Shown: positions 8,811 through 18,769, counted from the stretch's first letter. The stretch: DNA of 64,000 nucleotides from a virus (IMGVR_UViG_3300042569_003232:1-64000); one strand, 5' to 3'. Numbers and translations: made by a program. The notes: generated from the sequence alone by a model not told the origin.

Positions 8811-8886
8811 TGGTGCGACATACAGGATTTGAACCTGTGACCCGAGAATTATGAGTTCTCCGCTCTAACCACTGAGCTAATATCGC
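8811..8886 (-). tRNA. tRNA-Met (anticodon CAU; elongator-type, or a tRNA-Ile2 precursor)
   Basis: Reverse complement: GCGATAT acceptor (1-72 paired), GCTC-AGTGGTTA-GAGC D arm, anticodon loop CTCATAA, T arm ACAGG-TTCAAAT-CCTGT, encoded CCA. Confidence 0.85.
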
Positions 8887-8898
8887 ATCTTGGTAAAA

Positions 8899-9396
8899 TC
8901 ACCTTACCACTGTATCTGGCTTTTGCAACCCTTTTTCGGGATTTTCTTGCCTATCATCCAGCAAATACAAAAGTCCTCGACAATACTTTTTAATTTGTTT
9001 TTCTGAAGGAGAATCTGCCAAATTAGAAAGCATGTCTGCAATTTTTACAACTTTTGCAATAGGATGTTTTTTCACTCTTTCTAGGTATTCTTTATAAGAA
9101 ATTCCTTTATTAAGTGTTAAAACAGAAACTGCATCAATTACTGTTTCTGGAATTCCGCCTTCTACTAGACTTTGGACTGTTACATTTGTATCCTCAATTG
9201 TATCATGTAGCCATGCGGTTGCAATGATTTCAGCAGATTGATTTTTCAATCGCTCTGCAACTGCGGCAGGATGAACAATATAGTCAGTGACCATATCATT
9301 TCTATAATGACCTGCATGAGCAATTGTTGCAATAGCTTTTGCTTTTTCTACCAAATTTTCATCGTTTTCCATATTTTTATTCACTAATTTGAACAA
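8899..9396 (-). CDS. HD-domain phosphohydrolase
   Basis: H..HD signature (IAHAGH...LHDTIED) typical of the HD superfamily. Confidence 0.55.
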   Translation of the reverse strand: MFKLVNKNMENDENLVEKAKAIATIAHAGHYRNDMVTDYIVHPAAVAERLKNQSAEIIATAWLHDTIEDTNVTVQSLVEGGIPETVIDAVSVLTLNKGISYKEYLERVKKHPIAKVVKIADMLSNLADSPSEKQIKKYCRGLLYLLDDRQENPEKGLQKPDTVVR

Positions 9397-9892
9397 GTTC
9401 GAAATTAACTATATATCCTCCAAATTCAAGACTTTTACCCAATGTTACAGTGTATTTTTCATGATTGATATTGTTGATAATTAATCCTGCATGTTTCTCC
9501 GGTTTGATAACTGTTTTACATCTAATATCTTCTGGAATAACCAAATTATTTTCCTTTACCCACTGTTTGAGATATTCATTATAAAAATGAAATGCAATAT
9601 TATTACATTCATCAAGAATATTTACTAAATGGCTGTTTGCATCTACACAATAATTTTCATCCAGCATTTTTGCAAGGTTGTAACCGTCAAGTTGGTGCAA
9701 TCCATTGTTTTCAATTTCCTGAAAACACTCTGCAATTTCTTCATGCATTTCTTCATCATCAATTGGCATTCTTGCCCAATCGCAAAAACGTTTAATGAAT
9801 TTTTGCATTTTTTCAGAATTGTAGTCAATTTGACTAGCTTGGAATTTTGGTCTAATAATGTTGCTCATAAAATTAATTTGTAAATACGTCAA
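9377..9892 (-). CDS. hypothetical protein
   Basis: 171-aa ORF. Confidence 0.4.
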   Translation of the reverse strand: MTYLQINFMSNIIRPKFQASQIDYNSEKMQKFIKRFCDWARMPIDDEEMHEEIAECFQEIENNGLHQLDGYNLAKMLDENYCVDANSHLVNILDECNNIAFHFYNEYLKQWVKENNLVIPEDIRCKTVIKPEKHAGLIINNINHEKYTVTLGKSLEFGGYIVNFELVQISE

Positions 9893-10074
9893 TCAAAAAT
9901 CCTATAATAAATGCGATAATTGTTAGCATAAAGAATAGTCCGCAAACCCAAAATGGACTAAATATTATCATTGCCCATGATAATGTTAAAACATTGAATA
10001 GTTTTAAACATGTCAATAATACAATTGTTTTAATTGAAAAAAACAAAAATGATTCAGAAGATTCTTCTATAAAA

Positions 10075-10302
10075 TTATTTCAAAGATTTTGAGAAAAAGG
10101 CTAGTAGTAACATTCCTCCAAAGAATGCACAAAAACCCAAAACAAAAATTCCAAGTAAACCGTAAACAAGAATTACTGGAAAGAATACCCAAAACCATGA
10201 AATGTTGATTAGCCCAGTTAGTTTCAGAATTGCCAATAAAATGGTAATTGGAACTACTGGAATTGTGATTTTAATTGTATCTTTCATTTTAGACAGTTGC
10301 AA
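10075..10302 (-). CDS. small membrane protein
   Basis: 75 aa with two hydrophobic helices. Confidence 0.4.
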   Translation of the reverse strand: MQLSKMKDTIKITIPVVPITILLAILKLTGLINISWFWVFFPVILVYGLLGIFVLGFCAFFGGMLLLAFFSKSLK

Positions 10303-10843
10303 TCATTGCTTTATGTACTTCAATCCATTGAAGACAATTTCGAACTCTCATCAAAATAGTTCCTAACATGTTTTTACCACCTTTTTGAATATCCACTCCC
10401 CAAATTACATCGCCCCACCAATTTGTTTCTTCCAGAAATTTATTACCAGTAAGAAGAAGTTGACTTCGCAAATCTTCATTTCTAAAAAACTTATCCATTA
10501 AAATCTCAAACATAACTAAATATTTGATTTCTTCCCAATCACTTCGCAATTTTACGGTGCTTCCCCATTTTTTAACTTCTTTACAAGTCATTTTTTGAAC
10601 TTTTTCCAGTAATTCTGGACTTTGATCTTCTTTTTTTAGTTTTGCATACATGTATGCATGTTCAGAACTTGGAAACCTGTTTCCCAAATAAACTACATCG
10701 CATTTGTGGAAATTAGAAAGATATTTATATTCTCCGAAAAATCCCTTAATGTTATTTTCATTCCAAGTAATAATTTCTTTATAACCACCTTTTTCGTAAG
10801 GTTTACCGTTTAATTCTGCTTCGTCAAATAGTTTCATAGTCAC
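10289..10843 (-). CDS. NADAR (YbiA-like, DUF1768) domain protein
   Basis: FFGEYKYLSNFH...FPSSEHAYMYAKL matches the YbiA/NADAR core (F.....LSNF...F.S.EH.YQ..K). The likely ATG is at 10837; the listed start is GTG. Confidence 0.7.
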   Translation of the reverse strand: MTMKLFDEAELNGKPYEKGGYKEIITWNENNIKGFFGEYKYLSNFHKCDVVYLGNRFPSSEHAYMYAKLKKEDQSPELLEKVQKMTCKEVKKWGSTVKLRSDWEEIKYLVMFEILMDKFFRNEDLRSQLLLTGNKFLEETNWWGDVIWGVDIQKGGKNMLGTILMRVRNCLQWIEVHKAMIATV

Positions 10844-10870
10844 TTATATCAGATTTTCAGAGTTTGTCAA
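10843..10870 (-). promoter_or_regulatory. sigma70-like promoter (TTGACA-N16-TATAAG) ending 5 nt before the ATG
   Basis: Minus strand reads TTGACAaactctgaaaatctgaTATAAGtgactATG, immediately after the stop of the upstream MBL gene. Confidence 0.45.
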
Positions 10871-10873
10871 GAG

Positions 10874-11632
10874 TTAGAAGTGGAATTCTTGGTTTTTATC
10901 CACAAATCCTGCAAATCCATATTTTTCATAAGCAAGGGGTCTTTCAGAATAATGCATCATCCACATTTTCTTTTTCATTTCTTCCGGAAGTTTCTCCAAA
11001 TCAGAAATATGACTATGTACTTTACTCTTGAATCCAATTAATGTTTCACAATCATGAAACACAACGTCTGCATCCATTATTGCTTTTTTATTAATGTTTG
11101 CACTATCACTGCTCCAATAAATTTTTGTATTATTGATTTTAAACTTTAATCCATATGCATCTTTATTTCCAAAAGAACAAACAATGTGTGAATTTCTAAT
11201 CAATTCAAAAACCACATTTTCAAATTCAAAAGCACTACATGCGTGACATTCGGCAAAATTAGACAAATGCAGCACTTCGTTTCTGTAAATTCCCATGCTA
11301 GGTTTCAAACTATCCCAAATATCAGTTATAACAAGAGGATGAGCATACAATTTCGGTTTAATTACATTGCCATTTTTATCCAATTTTGGTTCAAAATAAC
11401 GAGAAAAAAACAAACTCTCAAAGAAACAATGATCTGCATGTAAATGTGAAATATACACTGCATCAATATCCTTATATGTTTTTTTCCATTCTTCTCGCCA
11501 AATGAAATTACTGGCAACCCCAAAATCAATTAAAAGATTTTTACCATTTATTGTTAATAGTGCATTTGAATTGCCTTCCTTTAAACTTGCAAATGCTCCT
11601 GATCTTCCCAAGAATTTTAATGTAGCATTCAT
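10874..11632 (-). CDS. metallo-beta-lactamase-fold hydrolase
   Basis: HLHADH motif (HxHxDH) with downstream His and Asp ligand positions. Confidence 0.6.
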   Translation of the reverse strand: MNATLKFLGRSGAFASLKEGNSNALLTINGKNLLIDFGVASNFIWREEWKKTYKDIDAVYISHLHADHCFFESLFFSRYFEPKLDKNGNVIKPKLYAHPLVITDIWDSLKPSMGIYRNEVLHLSNFAECHACSAFEFENVVFELIRNSHIVCSFGNKDAYGLKFKINNTKIYWSSDSANINKKAIMDADVVFHDCETLIGFKSKVHSHISDLEKLPEEMKKKMWMMHYSERPLAYEKYGFAGFVDKNQEFHF

Positions 11633-12634
11633 TTATAGAACTTTAAGTTTTTCAATAAACCAATTTTTTGCTTTATTAGTCAATTCTTTTGAAATATCCT
11701 TTGGAGTGAATCCTGAATTAGTGATTGTATCCATTTCTTCTTTAATCGCATCAGACGTTACCCATTTAATATACTCGCCAATATTCTTCATATCAAGAGA
11801 TTTACCAACATCATTCAAATATGCCAAACCTCTTTCCAATCGGTTTTCAGGGAGAATAGCATCAACGCATTCTTTAATAGAATCTAGTTTTTGAACATCT
11901 ACCAATGATAGAGTCTTAACATTGGAAACTGAATGTTTTTCTCCTTTTACTTTGAAGATAAATTTGTCATCAATATATACATCATCAACGGGACTCCATA
12001 CAACTCCTTCACCAACTCCAGAAACTCCAAAGTATTTGCCAACAGGACATTCCCTCTCAACCTCGTTTGTAATCGCTACCAAATCATTTGAAAAACTTCC
12101 GGGATTATTAAAATCAATAACTATATTCCACACTCCAAAAGAATTTATATTGAAAATTCTCCTTTCAAGATTATTAGAAATAAAACTAGGATTAAGATCA
12201 ATCCATTTGTCATCTGCTTTTACCTTAAAAATTACAAACATCCTTTCCAGTTCACTAACTGCAACGCCTTTTGCAATTCCTTTTCCACACCATTCTCCAA
12301 AGAATGCTACAGTTTCGCAATTGTAAACACTTCGAATAAATCGGCATGCTTCCTGAAAATATTCCATATTGTTTGCTGCAAATGCCGCAAAACCGAAATT
12401 GTCATCTCCCGGAGAGATAACTCTTTCCCGACTTTGAAACCAATATTCGTCGTTTTTTACAACTACTGCGGCATTGGTTCCATGAATTTTAACGGTTCCC
12501 CTAAATTCTAAGACTGGAAGAATTGATTTTTCATAAATGGGACGACCTTCTGAATCATCTCCACGATAAGATGCTCGCAATTCAATTGATTTGCATACAT
12601 TTCTAAACTGCTCAATGCTGGGAAATTTAATCAT
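11633..12634 (-). CDS. RNA ligase, Rnl2 family
   Basis: Motif I KIHGTN, motif III FFGEWCG, motif IV GEGVVW and motif V KVKGEKH in the order seen in T4 Rnl2. Confidence 0.75.
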   Translation of the reverse strand: MIKFPSIEQFRNVCKSIELRASYRGDDSEGRPIYEKSILPVLEFRGTVKIHGTNAAVVVKNDEYWFQSRERVISPGDDNFGFAAFAANNMEYFQEACRFIRSVYNCETVAFFGEWCGKGIAKGVAVSELERMFVIFKVKADDKWIDLNPSFISNNLERRIFNINSFGVWNIVIDFNNPGSFSNDLVAITNEVERECPVGKYFGVSGVGEGVVWSPVDDVYIDDKFIFKVKGEKHSVSNVKTLSLVDVQKLDSIKECVDAILPENRLERGLAYLNDVGKSLDMKNIGEYIKWVTSDAIKEEMDTITNSGFTPKDISKELTNKAKNWFIEKLKVL

Positions 12635-12651
12635 AATTTTGTTTTTGAATT

Positions 12652-13767
12652 TTAAAAATCTCTGATTCGGAGAAGTTTTCCAAATCTCGGAATGTTGTCA
12701 CTAGTAACACCAAAATACTTTACTGTCCAGTATTTATTTTTGTATTTTTCCTTGTTAGTTAGCAAGTCCCTAGAATAGCCGTCCTCGCCGTTTACGCCAA
12801 CACCAAAGGTCTTACCATCAGGCAATGCCATAATCGCTCTAGTAGCCAATCCTGAGCGATTGCCGACCCCTTCTTCAAGGTCCACAAGAAGGAACTCAGC
12901 ATCATCAAAACGTTTCATTTTAAGGAGACTTTCGGTTCTTCCATGAACATATGAAGAATTCAAGAATCGAATCATTAAGCCTTCATAACCCATTGAAATA
13001 AATTTATTTTCCTGTTCAAAAAGTTCCGCTTCGTTATCAACATATACGGAAGGAACAATTTTTACTTTATTAAATTTATTTGAATCATTCAACAAGTCGT
13101 GTACCAATCCTTCTCTCAAAACCATGGGCCATACACTGTGTTTTCCTGCAATATCATAAACATGATATTCTATCAGATTTTTAGATTCCTCTAATTGTTT
13201 TTTTGTTACCTTTTGTTTTCGAATAATCGACATTATCTTTTCAAATTCATTTTTCAATGAATGATTATACAATTCTCCATCCAATACCATTCCTTCTTCT
13301 AAAACATCTTTCAATTCATCTAGAATATGGGGAATTGAAACAATTTCTTCTCCTTTTCTAGTTTGAGCATATGGCTTTCCATCTTTTAGATAAATTATAC
13401 ATCTTCCGCCGTCCAATTTTGGTTGAACAATTACAGGATAAACAATTTTATGTTTTTCGTCCTGATATTTTTTTGCCAGCATTGGCTCAAAAAACTTTTG
13501 AACAATATTATGCTGGTCCAGTGAACCATTTTGTTCCAACTTTTTTTGCCACTTGGATTCTGCTTCTGCAATTGCTTGTTCAAACCCATTCCGATAATTC
13601 GCTTTTCCTTTATTTTTAGGCAAGCATTTTGTAAACTTTGAAACTGTTTGTTTACCATCAATCAAACCTTCAATTGTTCGAAATGAATCATCAGCTACTT
13701 CGATTTGCCAAATTCTCGTTCTTTTTGATTTATCTAAGCTGTAAATTGGAGGAAATGTTTTATTCAT
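12652..13767 (-). CDS. ATP-dependent DNA ligase
   Basis: Motif I PKLDGGR, motif III LDGELY, motif IV EGLMIR and motif V LLKMKRF. Confidence 0.8.
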   Translation of the reverse strand: MNKTFPPIYSLDKSKRTRIWQIEVADDSFRTIEGLIDGKQTVSKFTKCLPKNKGKANYRNGFEQAIAEAESKWQKKLEQNGSLDQHNIVQKFFEPMLAKKYQDEKHKIVYPVIVQPKLDGGRCIIYLKDGKPYAQTRKGEEIVSIPHILDELKDVLEEGMVLDGELYNHSLKNEFEKIMSIIRKQKVTKKQLEESKNLIEYHVYDIAGKHSVWPMVLREGLVHDLLNDSNKFNKVKIVPSVYVDNEAELFEQENKFISMGYEGLMIRFLNSSYVHGRTESLLKMKRFDDAEFLLVDLEEGVGNRSGLATRAIMALPDGKTFGVGVNGEDGYSRDLLTNKEKYKNKYWTVKYFGVTSDNIPRFGKLLRIRDF

Positions 13768-13926
13768 GGTTGAAATAATTAATTAGTTTGCAGATCCATT
13801 TGTCAATAAAGAAGATAATTACAAATGGAATAGTTGCAATTAATTGGAGTAATATAAACGGCAATGCTATTATTGCAATAGTTTTCTCTACTGCACTTAA
13901 AGATTTGATAAATTTGAAAATTGTGT

Positions 13927-14436
13927 TCATTCTTTGATTATATATTCTTGAACAAGTTCGTCAACCATTTTTTCATAAGGGTGCAGTTCTCTTGGATAAA
14001 TCTCTTTAACATTTCTTTTAATTTCCCATGTCTGCTTTAAACCACGGGATAATTCTTTTGCATTTATTTCTTTGCATTTATCAAGAAATTCCCGCCCGAT
14101 GGAGAGTCGCAACTTATATTCTCTTTTAGAAATATAGTAAGCATCGTTATAACCTACTAAATTTTGGAAATTTACAGATGCGAGCATTCCATAAAATAAT
14201 GAATTTTTAGCTGTGAGATAATCTAAATTAAAGCCCATGATTGCTCTAAGAACCAATTCTTTTTCAGAACTATTCAGTTTATGAAGACTCATATCAAACA
14301 TGGCTGAATGTTTTACCATCCACTCATTTTCAATACCAGCATCACTCCATTCTTTAATAATGGAGTCAATATGTTTACGAGATAAACGTTTGGGATATTT
14401 TCTCCTTATCTCGTTTGCTTGTTTATAATCAATCAT
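13927..14436 (-). CDS. hypothetical protein
   Basis: 169-aa ORF. Confidence 0.4.
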   Translation of the reverse strand: MIDYKQANEIRRKYPKRLSRKHIDSIIKEWSDAGIENEWMVKHSAMFDMSLHKLNSSEKELVLRAIMGFNLDYLTAKNSLFYGMLASVNFQNLVGYNDAYYISKREYKLRLSIGREFLDKCKEINAKELSRGLKQTWEIKRNVKEIYPRELHPYEKMVDELVQEYIIKE

Positions 14437-14701
14437 CGTATTTTACCGGATTTCCATCAATTTCCAATTCAGAACGAATTGACTCCTCTCCATTTTTATT
14501 CGACACAATTAGTTTTGTATTGAATACTGTTTCCTTGCATGAAATGATTTTATATGTAGGAAAAGCGTTTTCATAAAACTGTTTTACTGACAAACCATCC
14601 CGCATGAAACATTCATAAACAGAGAGAGGAATTGGAAGAATAACTTGTTGAACAACTCTTAGATTTTCGTCGTATAATGAGATTGAAAAGAATTTATACA
14701 T
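14429..14701 (-). CDS. hypothetical protein
   Basis: 90-aa ORF. Confidence 0.4.
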   Translation of the reverse strand: MYKFFSISLYDENLRVVQQVILPIPLSVYECFMRDGLSVKQFYENAFPTYKIISCKETVFNTKLIVSNKNGEESIRSELEIDGNPVKYDD

Positions 14702-15008
14702 TTTTTTCCTTAATTACTTCCTGCCATTCAGTTACTTTATGTCCTTCGTCATACCAGATAGCTGCCTGACTACTATCTTTTGTTTCAAGTGGAATATAAT
14801 TAATAATTGTTGTCCACTTTCTTTCCGGTTCTCTTGGCTTAATTCGCCAATAATCAGGAATGCTTAATAGATTAGGACCAGCACCAGTTCCATCATAATC
14901 AATCCATTGTTGAGAACTAGACTGGAAATTCTGTAAAATTCTTCCTTCACTAATTGCTTTATACAATTCAATAAGAAATAGTGATTTTGCAATAATAGTT
15001 TCGTTCAT
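14694..15008 (-). CDS. hypothetical protein, paralog of 18439..18744
   Basis: Shares ELYKAISEG...WIDYD...YWRIKPREPERKW with ELFTAISNE...WADLD...YRIKPEPRKIW in 18439..18744. Confidence 0.5.
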   Translation of the reverse strand: MNETIIAKSLFLIELYKAISEGRILQNFQSSSQQWIDYDGTGAGPNLLSIPDYWRIKPREPERKWTTIINYIPLETKDSSQAAIWYDEGHKVTEWQEVIKEKNV

Positions 15009-15213
15009 ATGATTTTATTTCATTGCAATTTTACGTGTATAATAATTGTAGTCTATTACAACAGTGTGAGGTCCGGGAATAGCAATTGGTTTCGAATCTT
15101 ATTTTTCATTTGAATCTTTTATTTCTTTTTTAGTTTGAACTTTCATTTTTGCCCGAACATTTGTTTTCGATGAATAATACTTGATTTTTTTGTAGTTAGC
15201 ATTTTCACTCATT

Positions 15214-16824
15214 TTATTGATATTTGCTAAGATTTTCCCGAACTTCTGAAAGAGTGTAATCCTTCAAGAGTTTTCCGTCTTCGAAAATTTTCACAAATTC
15301 GCAATTCATTACTTCACTCCATGATGCACCATCTTTAAGATAAAATTCGCTATTTTCATCTTTAAACACTGCCGTAAGACCCTTTGCAGATTTCTTGAAT
15401 GCAGCACCCTTTGGAGATTTATAAATTTCAAGAGGATTTCCATCAATTACCGCATATGTTGCCTTTACTGCATAACCATCAGTGTCACGGGTAACATATT
15501 GATAGGAGTAGCTACCAATTCCGAATACAACGTTTGTACTAGCAAACCTTTTCCTTGCCAATCGACTGCAAATTTGTTCTGCACGCTGCAATGTGATAGA
15601 ATCGCCATAAATCAATCCTACATGACTATCAAGAAGATCATAACCTTGTTCAGTAATGGTGCCTCCGAAAATCTCCCACAAACATTCGATACTACCATCA
15701 ATTTCGCTTTCAGAAAGTTCTGCACCTTTCAAACCGCCTGTTTTTGGGTCAGGACTGAGTTCATATTTTTTACCATTATGAATAATAATTTCATCGCCAT
15801 TATATCCAGTAACAACTTTAACTGGATCACCAGTATCAGGACGAAACACCACTTTGCCATCACGATTCAAAATATCATCTTTCAAGATTCGGGCAGTTAC
15901 AGTAATTGTATGCCAATAATCAAAACTATCAGCAACAATACTCACAATTCCCTTTGGATAAACTACTGTAATCAATCTCCGAACATATTCCACATCCGCA
16001 AGATTCATTAGTTCATCTTCGATAATTACCTCACCATTATTAGTTTTTTCGATCCGAATTTTATTAACAAAATCCAAGATAACGGAACATGCCACACTAT
16101 GTTCTGTTGCGGCAACACTTCCAACAACCAATTCCTTTTCACAATTTGCATTGTAATACGTTTCAAGAAATTCAATTACGGGAATAGTATCCGATCCTGT
16201 AAAGGAGAATGCATGTCCTGCTCCGCTCATACATGCGGCTTCCAGTCCAAACATCCCCCGGAAAGAGAAGTCGTGTCCTTGCCACTGCACAAAATCAGTA
16301 TTACCAACCGTCATCCGCGCATATTTATTCAAAATCTTTTTGAATTTATGCGCAGTCGTGGCACTCGTACACATTCCCCAAAGCGTTGTGCTTAGAATTG
16401 TTTCCAGATAATTGGTAAGCCAAAAGAACTTTTTGTGAGTATTCCAGATAATTAGACTTGGAATCTTTAGTTTATGTTCTGTTCCTTCTGGAAGAGACAT
16501 AATACAAATTGGAAGATATCCAAGTTCATGAAGTTCCCGAATATGACTGTCTCCAACTTCATTAGGCCCAAGATAGTTATTAATAACCCGAGAAAATTTA
16601 GCCAATACTTCTTCAATTGGTTTGTTGAAAAAGTTTTCATTCCATTGACGAATAAGATATTCTTTGGAAAAGTAATTTCCCCCGATATATACTACAGTGT
16701 CGCTATTTTCGCGGCGAGTGTTTCTTGCCGTGTAATTAGCAAGAATTAGTTCTGTTTTATCGGCATACTGCCGACGATGGTCAATTTTATATCCGTCAAT
16801 TTGAAGAGGTGGAAAGATGTTCAT
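15214..16824 (-). CDS. nadV: nicotinamide phosphoribosyltransferase (NAMPT/NadV)
   Basis: Blocks WLTNYLETIL, HDFSFRGM, AATEHSV, VSIVADSFDYWH, RPDTGDP and GLIYGDSITLQ are colinear with human NAMPT and phage NadV. Confidence 0.85.
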   Translation of the reverse strand: MNIFPPLQIDGYKIDHRRQYADKTELILANYTARNTRRENSDTVVYIGGNYFSKEYLIRQWNENFFNKPIEEVLAKFSRVINNYLGPNEVGDSHIRELHELGYLPICIMSLPEGTEHKLKIPSLIIWNTHKKFFWLTNYLETILSTTLWGMCTSATTAHKFKKILNKYARMTVGNTDFVQWQGHDFSFRGMFGLEAACMSGAGHAFSFTGSDTIPVIEFLETYYNANCEKELVVGSVAATEHSVACSVILDFVNKIRIEKTNNGEVIIEDELMNLADVEYVRRLITVVYPKGIVSIVADSFDYWHTITVTARILKDDILNRDGKVVFRPDTGDPVKVVTGYNGDEIIIHNGKKYELSPDPKTGGLKGAELSESEIDGSIECLWEIFGGTITEQGYDLLDSHVGLIYGDSITLQRAEQICSRLARKRFASTNVVFGIGSYSYQYVTRDTDGYAVKATYAVIDGNPLEIYKSPKGAAFKKSAKGLTAVFKDENSEFYLKDGASWSEVMNCEFVKIFEDGKLLKDYTLSEVRENLSKYQ

Positions 16825-17015
16825 ATGTTTTGTATTTTTGTTTTAAAGTTTAATTATTTTAGAAGATTGTCTAGTTTAGTTGATATGTTTTGATTAGCAG
16901 GGGATAGCGGATAGATATCTATATATTCGGAATACCTGATGGTACACTCTACACTATGTTCAGAAGGAGAAGGGATTCTATTCGGAACTTTTAGACCACT
17001 ATCTTTTTGTTTTGA

Positions 17016-17040
17016 TTCAGCTTTATTCAGCTTTATTCAT
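17016..17040. repeat. 2.5 copies of a 10-nt tandem direct repeat (ttcagcttta)
   Basis: cagctttattcagctttattca seen just before the stop of 17045..17497, inside a 220-nt non-coding gap. Confidence 0.5.
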
Positions 17041-17044
17041 ATCA

Positions 17045-17497
17045 TTAATTCAGCAAATTGTTAATTTTAGATGCTAGTGCTTTTTTATCAGCAAGATTAT
17101 TAGAAAGTTCACTTGCTTTTTGTAAAACTTTTCCAAAATCCCTTTTTGAAGTTGTTTGAAAATGATCTACTGCTTTCTTTACAACTTCGTTCAATTCTTC
17201 TTCACTCATTTCAGGAGGAAGAAACGTTTTTAAAATGTCGATTTCCGATTTTTCTTTGTCTGCCAAATCAATTCGGTTTCCTTTTTGGAATTGAAAGATT
17301 GAATCTTCTCTTTGAGAAACTTGTTTTCGAATAACTCCTAAGATTTCATCATCACTCAATTCCGCTGAAATATTTCCACTTCTCAAGGATGCATTACTCA
17401 TTGCATTTTTAAGTGCCCGAAGAACAGATAAACGAGTTTTATCATTGTTCTTCATTGAAGTCTTGATATTTTCGTCAATTTGTAGTGCTAATTTCAT
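17045..17497 (-). CDS. GatB/YqeY-domain protein
   Basis: 150 aa, colinear with B. subtilis YqeY (LSVLRALKNA...; FLPPEMSEEELNEVVKK resembles YLPEQLSEEELRTIV). Confidence 0.75.
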   Translation of the reverse strand: MKLALQIDENIKTSMKNNDKTRLSVLRALKNAMSNASLRSGNISAELSDDEILGVIRKQVSQREDSIFQFQKGNRIDLADKEKSEIDILKTFLPPEMSEEELNEVVKKAVDHFQTTSKRDFGKVLQKASELSNNLADKKALASKINNLLN

Positions 17498-17509
17498 ATT
17501 TTTTATTCT

Positions 17510-18397
17510 TTAATACCAAACATTAATAATTTTGAAGTTACTTGGAAGTTGTTCTTTTTCCAAATCCCTGTAGGAATTTGTAGAAATTACCAAATCATAT
17601 AGTTCTGAAAGTTCTTTATATCCTTTTGAGAAAATGCCATGAACAACCAAAAGGTAGATTTTATTCGCTTTTTTCTCTTTCAAGAGTTTAGCGAGTTCAA
17701 TGAATGTTCGACCGCCGTCAACCAAATCATCAAATATTACTACATCTTTGTTTTCAACATTTCCCTCCAAAGATAGCCCAACTATCTCACCTGTCAACTG
17801 ATTTCGGACTTTGCTTGCATGAAATACTGTTGGAAAAAATGGAAAACCTTTTGCAAAATTTTCAACTCTTTCTTTTGCGCCTTTGTCTGGTGCAACAAAA
17901 AGGAGATCCTTTAGTTCACCACTATAGTTTTCAAGAAAAAGATTTCTAAATTCATGGTCCTTGCTAATCACGCTCAGATTCCTGAATTTGTCAATTGTAA
18001 CTTTTGAATGCGGTTCAATTGTAAAAATATTGTTGAAAAATAAGTCATCCATCAAATTTTTGAAAACTTGAAGAGAAAAACTTTCTCCGGGACTGCAAAC
18101 ACGATCCTGCCGTCCATAAGGAAGAAACGGTGCATTCAAAAATAAGACATCATATGGTCTTATCCTACGAATTGCATCAACTGCCATAAACAATTCAATA
18201 ATTGAGTCACTGCTAGTCAATTGAGAATCAATTACAATGCTGGCATCTTGGAATGAAACATTCTTTAGTTGTTCACTGTCAATTCTGAATCCAACTTCTC
18301 CCGAAGGAAACTTCCAACTTTTGAAGTTTAGAATTTGAGTAGGTCCAGAATCTTTTCTATCATCTGTAATTTCGGACAATCTTATTTTTTTAATCAT
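17510..18397 (-). CDS. prs: ribose-phosphate pyrophosphokinase (PRPP synthetase)
   Basis: PYGRQDR (Prs PY.GYARQDR) and the PRPP-binding loop VVIFDDLVDGGRTF. Confidence 0.7.
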   Translation of the reverse strand: MIKKIRLSEITDDRKDSGPTQILNFKSWKFPSGEVGFRIDSEQLKNVSFQDASIVIDSQLTSSDSIIELFMAVDAIRRIRPYDVLFLNAPFLPYGRQDRVCSPGESFSLQVFKNLMDDLFFNNIFTIEPHSKVTIDKFRNLSVISKDHEFRNLFLENYSGELKDLLFVAPDKGAKERVENFAKGFPFFPTVFHASKVRNQLTGEIVGLSLEGNVENKDVVIFDDLVDGGRTFIELAKLLKEKKANKIYLLVVHGIFSKGYKELSELYDLVISTNSYRDLEKEQLPSNFKIINVWY

Positions 18398-18438
18398 AAT
18401 TTTACTTTTTAACTTTTCGTAGCTTGACGGTTTTTGGT

Positions 18439-18744
18439 TTAACTTTTTTCTACAAATTCGATTACATTAATTCCATCTTTTTCCCAATTTAGCGCATGTT
18501 CTTCATCGGTAGTCCAATCACAGTACGGATCATCAGGATCACCATTTACCCATATTTTACGTGGTTCCGGTTTAATTCTGTAATTATCTGGATACAATAC
18601 AAAATATCTTAATTTTATAGGATCATAATTTAAATCCAAATCTGCCCATTTTTCTCCTAGACTGACTTGAATTGTTTTCTCGTTTGAAATTGCGGTAAAC
18701 AATTCTGCCAATTTTTTGGCTTTATCTTTAAAATTTTTATCCAT
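18439..18744 (-). CDS. hypothetical protein, paralog of 14694..15008
   Basis: See 14694..15008. Confidence 0.5.
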   Translation of the reverse strand: MDKNFKDKAKKLAELFTAISNEKTIQVSLGEKWADLDLNYDPIKLRYFVLYPDNYRIKPEPRKIWVNGDPDDPYCDWTTDEEHALNWEKDGINVIEFVEKS

Positions 18745-18769
18745 AATTTTGATTTTATTATCGAAAAAT

